Below, one piece after another: positions 8,655 through 16,686 of a stretch of DNA of 64,000 nucleotides. This DNA is from an uncultured Alphaproteobacteria bacterium (lineage in GTDB: Bacteria; Pseudomonadota; Alphaproteobacteria; HIMB59; GCA-002718135), in the NCBI GenBank assembly GCA_902561355.1, contig CACEPG010000004.1:13133-77132 (forward strand). Direction: 5' to 3'. A model generated the notes under the pieces. That model did no database searches, had not been told where the DNA came from, and saw only the letters and a program-made list of their open reading frames with translations. Both the position numbers and the translations under genes were made by a program. Within the stretch, counting starts at the first letter, position 1. Each line of letters begins with the position of its first letter.

Positions 8655-10526
8655 TTACTTTGACGTTAGTTTAAGTTCTATTCTTCTATTTTGTTGATAA
8701 TCCTCATTTGTTTCTCCATCACTAATAGGATAAAATTCACCATAACCAGCAGCAGCTAATCTTTCAGGTTCAAAACCTAACTCTAATAAAAGTTTTAAAA
8801 CTGAATTAGCTCTTGCCGTAGATAACTCCCAATTAGATGGGTATTGAGCTGTATTAATAGGTCTTTTATCGGTGTGCCCTTCTACTTGAATTATCCAATC
8901 AATTTCTTTTGGAATTTGAGAAGTTGTTTCTTTAAGAGTTATTCCAATTTCTTTTAATTTTTCTTTTCCTTCTATTTGTAAGACAGCAGATGCTGAGTCA
9001 AATAATAATTCAGACTCAAATATAAATCTATCTCCCACAATTTTTATGTCCTCTCTATCGCCAAGCAAAGATTGTAATTTACCAAAAAATTCAGATCTAT
9101 ATTTTTGTAATTCAAAAATTTTAGATGTAAGAGCTTTATTTAATCTTTCTCCCAAAACTTCTATTTCTAAATTTTTAGATGCTGTTTCAATTTCACTTGC
9201 TTCTAATGCTTTGTTTAATATCAAAATTTCATTTTTTAAATTATCTATTTCAGCTGATAATATTTCTACTTGCTGTAGTGTTTTTAATGAACGTAACTCC
9301 ATTTCTTGAATTTGCTGTATAGATATTTCTTTTTCTGATTCACTTAATTCTTGCAAAGATAAAATATTTTTTTCAAGCATAGTTATTTGTGATTCTTGAG
9401 CTAACTGAGTTTCTTGAGATATTGAGAGAATATCATTTAACTCAATGATTTTTCCTCTCAAATCAATAATTGTGTTATCTTTTTTAATTAGATTAGTATT
9501 TAATCTAGCTAGTTCTTGATTTTTAAAACGAATTGCTTCAAGTTGTTCTTGTAAAGAAGCATCCTTTAAACCTAAACTATCATTAATTTCTAATAAATCA
9601 TTCATTAAGTTCTGATATTGAGATATTTGACTTTGTAATTCTTCATCTCTTAAAGCGAGTTCTGTATTTGCATTTTGTAATAATTGAATCATATTTTTTG
9701 TTTCTTCTTGAGATAATATTAAATCATTATTTAATTTAATTAATGCGTCATTTTTTTTCTTTATAGCATTTAACTGCGCTGCTAAATCACCATCTTCTAT
9801 TCCTAAACTTTCATTAATTTTTATTAAATCATTATTTTTATTATTTAATTCAGTAATTCTTAATTCTAATTCATTTTCATTCTCAGTTAATTTGTCATTA
9901 AGCAAATTAAGTTCATTAATTTTTAAATTTAAATTATTTTCACTATCAGCTAATTTTTTATTTGTTATATCTAATTCATTATTTAAAGTTTTAAGCTGAG
10001 CAATCCGAGTAGCTAAAGCTTGATTTATTCTTTCTCCAAGACCTTCAGTTTCCAATGAAACATTATCAAAACCTTCATAAGTTTCTAATGCATTTGAAAC
10101 TATTCTTAATTCCTGCAATAAATTTGTAATTTGTTCAGATAAACCTATTATATTTTGCTCTTGTACGAATATTTCTGAACGTTTTTTTGCTATATCTGCT
10201 TGGAGTTCTTCACTTAAAAGTTCCTGAGTTTTAAGACTTTTACTTGTGATTCCAAGTTCCTCTTGAGTTTGTGTTAAATCAGTTAAAGCTTTTTCTTTTG
10301 AAGTTTTTTCAATTGATAAAATTTTGGAAAGCTCATTTATCTGATTACGCAAATCTACAAGAGCTTTGTCTCTGCCAGAAATAGCGTCACTTAAATAAAT
10401 TTGTGAAACAGTAAAAACCATTAAAATAAAAATTATTACAATTAATAATGTTGCTAAAACATCTACAAAACCTGGCCAGATATTAGTATTTTCTTGAAGT
10501 CTATTTCTTAATGACCTGGTTGTCAT
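8655..10526 (-). CDS. MotB/OmpA-family peptidoglycan-binding protein with N-terminal TM plug segment and a ~430-aa coiled-coil insertion
   Basis: 623 aa. N-terminal WPGFVDVLATLLIVIIFIL carries a TM helix with a MotB-type conserved Asp. Residues ~60-480 are heptad-rich (L/I/N/E/K). The C-terminus GHTDKRPI...SNWELSTARANSV...AAGYGEFYP...NRRIELKL is an OmpA/MotB domain. Confidence 0.8.
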   Translation of the reverse strand: MTTRSLRNRLQENTNIWPGFVDVLATLLIVIIFILMVFTVSQIYLSDAISGRDKALVDLRNQINELSKILSIEKTSKEKALTDLTQTQEELGITSKSLKTQELLSEELQADIAKKRSEIFVQEQNIIGLSEQITNLLQELRIVSNALETYEGFDNVSLETEGLGERINQALATRIAQLKTLNNELDITNKKLADSENNLNLKINELNLLNDKLTENENELELRITELNNKNNDLIKINESLGIEDGDLAAQLNAIKKKNDALIKLNNDLILSQEETKNMIQLLQNANTELALRDEELQSQISQYQNLMNDLLEINDSLGLKDASLQEQLEAIRFKNQELARLNTNLIKKDNTIIDLRGKIIELNDILSISQETQLAQESQITMLEKNILSLQELSESEKEISIQQIQEMELRSLKTLQQVEILSAEIDNLKNEILILNKALEASEIETASKNLEIEVLGERLNKALTSKIFELQKYRSEFFGKLQSLLGDREDIKIVGDRFIFESELLFDSASAVLQIEGKEKLKEIGITLKETTSQIPKEIDWIIQVEGHTDKRPINTAQYPSNWELSTARANSVLKLLLELGFEPERLAAAGYGEFYPISDGETNEDYQQNRRIELKLTSK

Positions 10527-10528
10527 TT

Positions 10529-11569
10529 TTATTTTTTATTCTTTGAAATAAGTTGCTTTATCCCCTTATCTAAGTTCTCAAATATTTTTTTAGTTTTTTT
10601 ATCAATTAATCCATTTTCATTAAGTTGATTAGTTAATTGGAGCATACTAGATTGAGTGTTAAGCTGTGTAGACAAGAAGTTGGATAATTTTTTATCAAGT
10701 TCAACAGAGTTAGAATTTATTTGTTTAAGGATTTCATTTAATTTTTCAAAATTAGAATTAAGTTGGTTTTGATTCTGTGAAGTTTCTTTTAAAGAAAACA
10801 CTATGTTGTCAAGATTTTCATAAATTTTTTGAATTGATTTATCTGTGGTGTTATCAGATTGTAAAATTTTTGAAAATTCTGGTGAAGAATTAAGATTTGC
10901 TATTTTTTCAAAGTATTGACTAAACTTATTCTGTGCTTGGCCTAAATTTATATCCATAAATCCTAATATTAATGATCCAGCTAATCCAAGTAATGAACTG
11001 CTGAATGCAATGCTCATTCCTTGCAGTGGCGCATTTAAACCATCTTTTAATGAATTAAAAAAACCTGCAACATTAGTATCGTCAATGCCTAATCCACTAA
11101 TCACATCTCCAACAGAACCTATTGTTTTTAATAAACCCCAAAAAGTTCCAAGAAGACCTAAAAATACTAATAAGCCTACTAAGTATCTTGAGGTTTCACG
11201 GATACTGGATAGGCTCATATCCGTATTTTCTATTAATCTATCAACCGACGAACTTTTAAAAACAAATCGACCATCTAATTCTTTAAGCTCTGATAATATA
11301 TTTTTTAAATTTCCTTTTGAATTAAGGAATGATTTTGGCGATTTATTAATATCAAAATTTATGAGTGCTATATAATCAGTATTTAATTCTGTTAACTTCA
11401 ATAAATTAAATACTATACCTATAAATAATGCTCCTATAATTATGATATTAATAAAAACATTTGATAAAAAAGCAGATTGCAAAACAGGGTAAAGCAAAAC
11501 AACAAAAATAAATATTAAAGCTAAAAATAATGATACTCTTAAAATATATTGATTTAAACTTTCCTGCAT
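10529..11569 (-). CDS. MotA/TolQ/ExbB-family proton-channel protein with a C-terminal coiled-coil tail
   Basis: 346 aa with a 4-TM, MotA-like topology. Channel signature LLGTFWGLLKTIG....MSIAFSSSLLGLAGSLILG. The last ~130 aa are predicted coiled coil. A 2-nt gap separates it from the MotB-like gene. Confidence 0.8.
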   Translation of the reverse strand: MQESLNQYILRVSLFLALIFIFVVLLYPVLQSAFLSNVFINIIIIGALFIGIVFNLLKLTELNTDYIALINFDINKSPKSFLNSKGNLKNILSELKELDGRFVFKSSSVDRLIENTDMSLSSIRETSRYLVGLLVFLGLLGTFWGLLKTIGSVGDVISGLGIDDTNVAGFFNSLKDGLNAPLQGMSIAFSSSLLGLAGSLILGFMDINLGQAQNKFSQYFEKIANLNSSPEFSKILQSDNTTDKSIQKIYENLDNIVFSLKETSQNQNQLNSNFEKLNEILKQINSNSVELDKKLSNFLSTQLNTQSSMLQLTNQLNENGLIDKKTKKIFENLDKGIKQLISKNKK

Positions 11570-11624
11570 AAATAATTAATTAGATTTATAAGTTGTTTAG
11601 TAAAAAAATTATATACAAATTGTG

Positions 11625-12809
11625 TCAATTATAAATATAATTTCTTGTTAAAGGTAAATTTTGTATATTTTTTGCAATTTGAATCTGGAAAACTACATTA
11701 CCCATATTAACAAATGAATATTTACTTGCTAGTAAATAAAATTCCCACATTCGAAAAAAACGTTCATCAAACATTCTAATAATTTTATCCTTATTTTTAA
11801 TTACATTTTGATACCAATGCGTTAGTGTATGCGCATAGTGTAAGCGCAAAATTTCAATATCTGTGATATTAATATTTAATTTTTCACAGTCTTTAATAAT
11901 ATCAGATAAAGAAGGAATATAACCTCCAGGAAAAATATATTTTCTTATCCAAGGACTAGTTGCGGTGGGTATCCCTCTTTGTCCTATGGTATGTAATAAA
12001 AAAACTCCTTTATCATTTAAAATGTCATATGTTTTTGAAAAAAAAGTTCTAAAATATTTTACTCCAACATGCTCAAACATACCTACTGAAACTATACGAT
12101 CATAATTTTCTTTTTCATCTCTATAGTCTTGTAATTTAAAAGTTACTTTTTCTGACAATCCTTCTTCTTGAGCTCTTTTTGAAGCTGTAGCTAATTGATT
12201 TTCTGATAACGTAATTCCTTTAACATATGCTCCAGTTTGCTTAGCAATTTCTATTGCCATACCGCCCCAACCACATCCAATATCTAATACTTTCATGTTT
12301 TCAGAAATTTGAAGCTTATTTATTATGTGATTTTTTTTATCAATTTGAGCCCGATCTAATCCGATATTTGCATTATGATAATAACCACATGAATACTGCA
12401 TATCTTTATCTAAAAATAAACGGTATAAATCTTCTTTCAAATCATAATGGTGTGCTACATTCTTTTTTGAATTTACAAATTCATTAATTTGCTGAAATGT
12501 TTTGAAATATCCAGAAAATTTTTCATAAAGTTTAAAATATTTATTATGCTTTATAAAATCATCGTATGCTGAGGTTACTAAATCTACTAACTGCTCAATA
12601 GTTCCTTCTTCAATTACTAATTCTTCATTCATATAGCCCTCACCAAAATGAAGGCTGGGATTTCTAAACAATTTTTTTTCTATTGATTTATTTTTAAGTT
12701 TTACTCTGACTAATGGATTACCTGATCCATATGTAAACTTTGTATTATTGGAATCAATGAATTCAAGAGTTCCATTAAATTTAATTTTATTTAGAACTGA
12801 GAAAAGCAT
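11625..12809 (-). CDS. cfa: Cyclopropane-fatty-acyl-phospholipid synthase family SAM-dependent methyltransferase
   Basis: 394 aa. Reads DLSNEFYRLFLD-like (DLKEDLYRLFLDKDMQYSCGYY), the SAM motif VLDIGCGWGGMA, and VSVGMFEHVG. Confidence 0.85.
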   Translation of the reverse strand: MLFSVLNKIKFNGTLEFIDSNNTKFTYGSGNPLVRVKLKNKSIEKKLFRNPSLHFGEGYMNEELVIEEGTIEQLVDLVTSAYDDFIKHNKYFKLYEKFSGYFKTFQQINEFVNSKKNVAHHYDLKEDLYRLFLDKDMQYSCGYYHNANIGLDRAQIDKKNHIINKLQISENMKVLDIGCGWGGMAIEIAKQTGAYVKGITLSENQLATASKRAQEEGLSEKVTFKLQDYRDEKENYDRIVSVGMFEHVGVKYFRTFFSKTYDILNDKGVFLLHTIGQRGIPTATSPWIRKYIFPGGYIPSLSDIIKDCEKLNINITDIEILRLHYAHTLTHWYQNVIKNKDKIIRMFDERFFRMWEFYLLASKYSFVNMGNVVFQIQIAKNIQNLPLTRNYIYN

Positions 12810-12870
12810 AGCTAAAAGTAAATAAATATTATTTTAAGAAAATGATTAATAAAGTCAATAGATTGAAATA

Positions 12871-12891
12871 AGGCTATATAAAATATAGCCT
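12871..12891 (-). terminator. Possible intrinsic terminator hairpin after the GcrA-like gene
   Basis: aggctata-taaaa-tatagcct perfect 8-bp stem. On the minus-strand RNA it is followed by only a weak U-rich tract (uauuucaauc). Confidence 0.35.
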
Positions 12892-12910
12892 CAAAAATAA
12901 ATTATATTTG

Positions 12911-13135
12911 CTAAGCTGCTATGCGACGATTTTTTTGAGCTTCTTTTACTTTTTTGAGCTCTTTTTCATCAATATAAGCTACATTACAATGATCGTGACA
13001 ATATGGTTTTCCTGGAACTGTGTCTAAATCACAAAAATGAAAATCTTTTTCTTGAGGATCACCAATTGGCCATTGACAACTTGAAAAGGTATGGGTTACC
13101 TTGTTTTGTTTAAAGTAATTCTTAATAATTGACAT
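12911..13135 (-). CDS. GcrA-like protein consisting of the C-terminal (sigma-70-interacting) domain only
   Basis: 74 aa. CQWPIGDPQEKDFHFCDLDTVPGKPYCHDHCNVAY matches the conserved GcrA C-terminal block (C-x-WP-x-GDP...F-x-FC...PYC..H...AY). No N-terminal DNA-binding domain is present. Confidence 0.7.
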   Translation of the reverse strand: MSIIKNYFKQNKVTHTFSSCQWPIGDPQEKDFHFCDLDTVPGKPYCHDHCNVAYIDEKELKKVKEAQKNRRIAA

Positions 13136-13298
13136 CTATTTTTCCTAAATTTGATTGAAAATACTTTTTAAAATCAATTAGTATATATGTTTCAAAACTG
13201 CATTATTCAATAAAAATTAAAAAAAATCTTTATATCCCAATATGTTAGTATAAAAAATTACTATAGCTACTACATATAGATATTTTATATATTTTATT

Positions 13299-13502
13299 TT
13301 AATTTAAAAACGAATCGGGACTACCTAGAAGATACAACAAAGCTAAAATTATTAAAAACATTCCAAATGAATAAAGTATTAATTTATTGGATAGCTTAGA
13401 CTTCAAGGGCTTTCTTACATAAATAAATACCACAATAAAAAACCAAAAAATAAATAGAATTAACCAACCTGTTATAAGAGCAATATAAAAATCTTCATTC
13501 AT
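13299..13502 (-). CDS. Small hypothetical membrane protein (2 TM)
   Basis: 67 aa with two hydrophobic helices. No recognisable motif. Confidence 0.4.
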   Translation of the reverse strand: MNEDFYIALITGWLILFIFWFFIVVFIYVRKPLKSKLSNKLILYSFGMFLIILALLYLLGSPDSFLN

Positions 13503-13537
13503 TTATATTTTAATTTACGTCAAAAAATTTAATATTT

Positions 13538-13993
13538 TTAAACAAAAATTTTCTGCTTTTGTACAAAATTTTGATGATATTCTTCTGCTTTAAAAAATTT
13601 ATCAGCTTTAGTAATTTCAGTAACAATTTTATTGTTAAATTTCTCTTGATTATCTAATTTTGATTTTTCAGCTATATCTCTCTGCTCTTCAGAAAAATAA
13701 AAGATAGCTGATCTATATTGTCTTCCTATATCAGGACCTTGTCTATCTAAAGTGGTTGGATCATGACATTTCCAAAAATGATTTATAATATTGTTATATG
13801 ATATTATATCTTGATCAAATTCAATATAAAGAACTTCTGCATGCTCTGTATTACCTTGACAAACGCTTTCATAAGTTGGGTTTTTAGTTATCCCTCCTGA
13901 ATAACCTACTTCTGTTTTATTAATACCCTCAATTTTGCTAAAGTATTCTTCAACTCCCCAAAAACATCCAGCTCCAAATATTGCTTTTTCCAT
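13538..13993 (-). CDS. msrA: Peptide-methionine (S)-S-oxide reductase
   Basis: 151 aa with the GAGCFWGVE active-site motif and HDPTTLDRQGPDIGRQYRS. Confidence 0.92.
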   Translation of the reverse strand: MEKAIFGAGCFWGVEEYFSKIEGINKTEVGYSGGITKNPTYESVCQGNTEHAEVLYIEFDQDIISYNNIINHFWKCHDPTTLDRQGPDIGRQYRSAIFYFSEEQRDIAEKSKLDNQEKFNNKIVTEITKADKFFKAEEYHQNFVQKQKIFV

Positions 13994-14035
13994 AATTATT
14001 TCAATATATAAGTAATTATTATATTATCAAATTCA

Positions 14036-14617
14036 ATGAAACCTAAATACAAAATTATCAATAAAAAAAATATTTATAAGGGATTTTTTGAGTTGAATAA
14101 AATTGAATTTAGTCATGAAAAACATGATGGGACTTGGAGCGGCCAAATTGAAAGAGAAATATTTGGAGGGGCGCATGTTTCTTCACTTCTTCCATATGAC
14201 CCAATAAAAAAAGAAATTGTATTAATTCAACAATTTAGAGCTGGAGCAATATCAAGATATGATAATAGCTACTTATATGAAATAGTCGCAGGAATAATTG
14301 GAAAAAATGAAAAACCTGAAGAAACAGCTCTTAGAGAATGTGAGGAAGAAACAGGATGTGTAGTAAAAAAAATTACTCCAATATATAGTTATTTTCCAGC
14401 TCCAGGATCCTCTGAGTCATTTTATCATCTCTTTATAGGCGAGGTTGATTCTTTTGATGGTAAAAGAATAAAAGGACTAAATAATGAAAATGAAGACATA
14501 CTTGTCTCTACTTTTAAAGTAAGTGAGGTACATGCAATGTTAAAAAATAAAATGATTAAAAATGGTGTAACATTAATAGCTTTGCAATGGTTTTTTCTTA
14601 ACTACTTTAAAGATTAG
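14036..14617 (+). CDS. NUDIX hydrolase (ADP-ribose pyrophosphatase-like)
   Basis: 193 aa with the Nudix box GIIGKNEKPEETALRECEEETGC. Confidence 0.85.
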   Translation: MKPKYKIINKKNIYKGFFELNKIEFSHEKHDGTWSGQIEREIFGGAHVSSLLPYDPIKKEIVLIQQFRAGAISRYDNSYLYEIVAGIIGKNEKPEETALRECEEETGCVVKKITPIYSYFPAPGSSESFYHLFIGEVDSFDGKRIKGLNNENEDILVSTFKVSEVHAMLKNKMIKNGVTLIALQWFFLNYFKD

Positions 14618-14952
14618 GTGCCTAGACCTCTTTCATAAGGCTGAACTAACTGCCTACAAACCAATTGCATATCCAATGTTTCGAGGGTTTGATCTAAAGT
14701 TTGATATTCTTGACATTCATAAATATCATCGTTTTTTTGCAATACTGTTACAAACAAAAGTAACATTAGTCCATTATCTGTTTCTATTTTATTAATACCA
14801 TAACCTTTAACTTCAAAACCTTCATCAACCAAATCTTTATAACTTTTATCTGAGTCCATCCACTGATCAGCATTTGGATTAGCAAATAGTAAATTTGAGA
14901 AAAAATAAATAAATATAAAAATAAAAAAAATATTTAATTTGTTTTCAGCCAT
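14614..14952 (-). CDS. Hypothetical secreted protein
   Basis: 112 aa with an N-terminal hydrophobic signal-like segment IFFIFIFIYFFSNLLFA. No recognisable family motif. Confidence 0.45.
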   Translation of the reverse strand: MAENKLNIFFIFIFIYFFSNLLFANPNADQWMDSDKSYKDLVDEGFEVKGYGINKIETDNGLMLLLFVTVLQKNDDIYECQEYQTLDQTLETLDMQLVCRQLVQPYERGLGT

Positions 14953-15488
14953 TCTATTAATTCATTTATGTGATTTTCTGGAGGAAAGATAGGATAAAAT
15001 ACTTTTTTAATTAAATTTTTTTCAATTACTAAAGTTAATCTTTTAATATAAATTTTTTCTTTAATTGAAAAAGTTGGAAGATTTAATAAATTTTTTAATT
15101 TTAAATCAGCGTCACTTAAAATGTCAAAAGGCACAGATAAACGAGTTGTCATTTCTTTCAAGTCTTCAATACTTTGTGTTGACACACCAATAGGAACAGA
15201 ATTTAAGCTTATAATTTCATCATACTTATCTCTAAAACTGCAAGTTTGTGACGTACATCCTTTTGCACCTGGTATAAGATTCCAATCAATTGGCAATGAT
15301 CTATCTGGCCTTCCTGTCATTGGAAAAAAATACAAAATTATTCGAAAAGTATCAGTTCTATTTAGTCTCAAATCATTACCATCTTGATTTGGTAGTGAAA
15401 TTTCTGGCAAAATTAAATTTGCAAGATGATTACAGCCACCATCATCCTCTGGAACTTGTATATCTTTTAATAAATCTGAATATTCCAT
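14934..15488 (-). CDS. Thioredoxin-fold peroxiredoxin, BCP/PrxQ-like
   Basis: 184 aa. GAKGCTSQTCSFRD resembles the BCP motif (GCT-x2-x-C-x-FRD, two Cys spaced by 5). Redoxin-like length. Confidence 0.65.
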   Translation of the reverse strand: MEYSDLLKDIQVPEDDGGCNHLANLILPEISLPNQDGNDLRLNRTDTFRIILYFFPMTGRPDRSLPIDWNLIPGAKGCTSQTCSFRDKYDEIISLNSVPIGVSTQSIEDLKEMTTRLSVPFDILSDADLKLKNLLNLPTFSIKEKIYIKRLTLVIEKNLIKKVFYPIFPPENHINELIEWLKTN

Positions 15489-15536
15489 TATTTTTAATGT
15501 TGTAATATTACTCTCTTTATATCATAACTATAAATT

Positions 15537-16475
15537 ATGACTCAAATAAAACCTTTGGAAGGTATGTTGACACCTCGCTTTGCTGATATTGCAACTTTTT
15601 TTCGATTACCCATTATTAAAGATTTAAGTAAATTAGATTATTGTATTTGTGGAGTTCCATGGGACGGAGGAACCACAAACAGACCTGGAGCCAGGCATGG
15701 TCCTAGAGAAATTAGAAATTCATCATCTTTGGTAAGATTATACCATCCTAGATCTTTAAAAAGTCCATATGATAAATTTAATGTAGCTGATATTGGAGAC
15801 TGTCCAGTAAATCCAGCTGATTTACAAGATTCATTATTAAAAATTGAGAATTTCTATAATAAAATTTTACAATCAAAAACTATTCCTATTTCAATAGGTG
15901 GTGATCATTTAGTTAGTTTACCTGTCTTAAGAGCTTTAGCAAAAAATAAACCTGTTGGTTTGTTTCAATTTGATTCTCACACAGATACTTATGATACATA
16001 TTTTGGAGGTTTTAAATATACTCATGGCACACCTTTTAGAAGAGCTATTGAAGAAAACTTAATTGATCCAAAAAAATACGTAATGTTAGGAATTAGAGGA
16101 TCATTATATCACCCTGACGATTTGAACTGGGCAAGAGAGCAAGGTGTTACGATAATTACTATAGATGATTTTCATGAAATGGGTTTTAATAAAGTAATAG
16201 ATACAATTTACAAAGTACTTGGAGATGTATCAACTTACTTAACGTTTGACATAGATGGAATAGATTGCACTTATGCGCCAGGCACAGGTACTCCTGAAGT
16301 AGGAGGATTCACTGTTCGAGAATCACAAACAATTATTAGAGCCTTAAATAAAATTAATTTTATAGGAGCTGATGTGGTAGAAGTATCTCCTCCATTTGAT
16401 ATCAACAATATGACGTCGCATATAGGGGCAACAATAGCATTTGAAATTTTATGCATGATGACAAGGACAAATTAA
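15537..16475 (+). CDS. Arginase-family ureohydrolase (agmatinase / guanidino-acid hydrolase)
   Basis: 312 aa with the motifs GVPWDGGTTNRPGARHGPREIR, GGDH, FDSHTD and TFDIDGID (binuclear Mn ligand motifs). Confidence 0.85.
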   Translation: MTQIKPLEGMLTPRFADIATFFRLPIIKDLSKLDYCICGVPWDGGTTNRPGARHGPREIRNSSSLVRLYHPRSLKSPYDKFNVADIGDCPVNPADLQDSLLKIENFYNKILQSKTIPISIGGDHLVSLPVLRALAKNKPVGLFQFDSHTDTYDTYFGGFKYTHGTPFRRAIEENLIDPKKYVMLGIRGSLYHPDDLNWAREQGVTIITIDDFHEMGFNKVIDTIYKVLGDVSTYLTFDIDGIDCTYAPGTGTPEVGGFTVRESQTIIRALNKINFIGADVVEVSPPFDINNMTSHIGATIAFEILCMMTRTN

Positions 16476-16476
16476 A

Positions 16477-16686
16477 ATGATTAATTCTTCTAAAAAACAT
16501 CTTGAAAACGCTAGAGAAAGTTATTTTGAACATATGTTTTTTGCTTTAAAAATTTCTATTAATTTGATTTTAGGAGGTTTTATGGCGCTTATACATTCTA
16601 TAGTTCCTGGAATTTTTACTAAAAATGCAAGTACTATAATTTTAAATTTGTCTGATCAAATTAAAGAAAGAAAGAAAGAAAGATAA
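16477..16686 (+). CDS. Small hypothetical membrane protein
   Basis: 69 aa with one central TM segment. Starts 1 nt after the ureohydrolase stop. The C-terminus is encoded by an (AAAG)5 repeat. Confidence 0.45.
   Translation: MINSSKKHLENARESYFEHMFFALKISINLILGGFMALIHSIVPGIFTKNASTIILNLSDQIKERKKER
16663..16682. repeat. Tetranucleotide microsatellite (AAAG)x5
   Basis: Read directly: aaag aaag aaag aaag aaag. It encodes the KERKKER tail of the 69-aa ORF. Confidence 0.95.

Noticed and set aside
8655-11569. Zorya-type anti-phage system (ZorA/ZorB).
   Set aside because: The long coiled coil is on the MotB-like subunit rather than on the MotA-like subunit. The MotA-like tail is only ~130 aa. No ZorC/ZorD/ZorE-like genes (nuclease, helicase) flank the pair; the neighbours are cfa and a pentapeptide-repeat protein.
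14934-15488. Unusual peroxiredoxin with an insertion before the active-site Cys, overlapping a secreted small protein gene (14614-14952), as a possible redox pair.
   Set aside because: The overlap (19 nt) is ordinary for this genome. The small protein has only two Cys and no recognisable redox motif. There is not enough evidence to propose a functional link.
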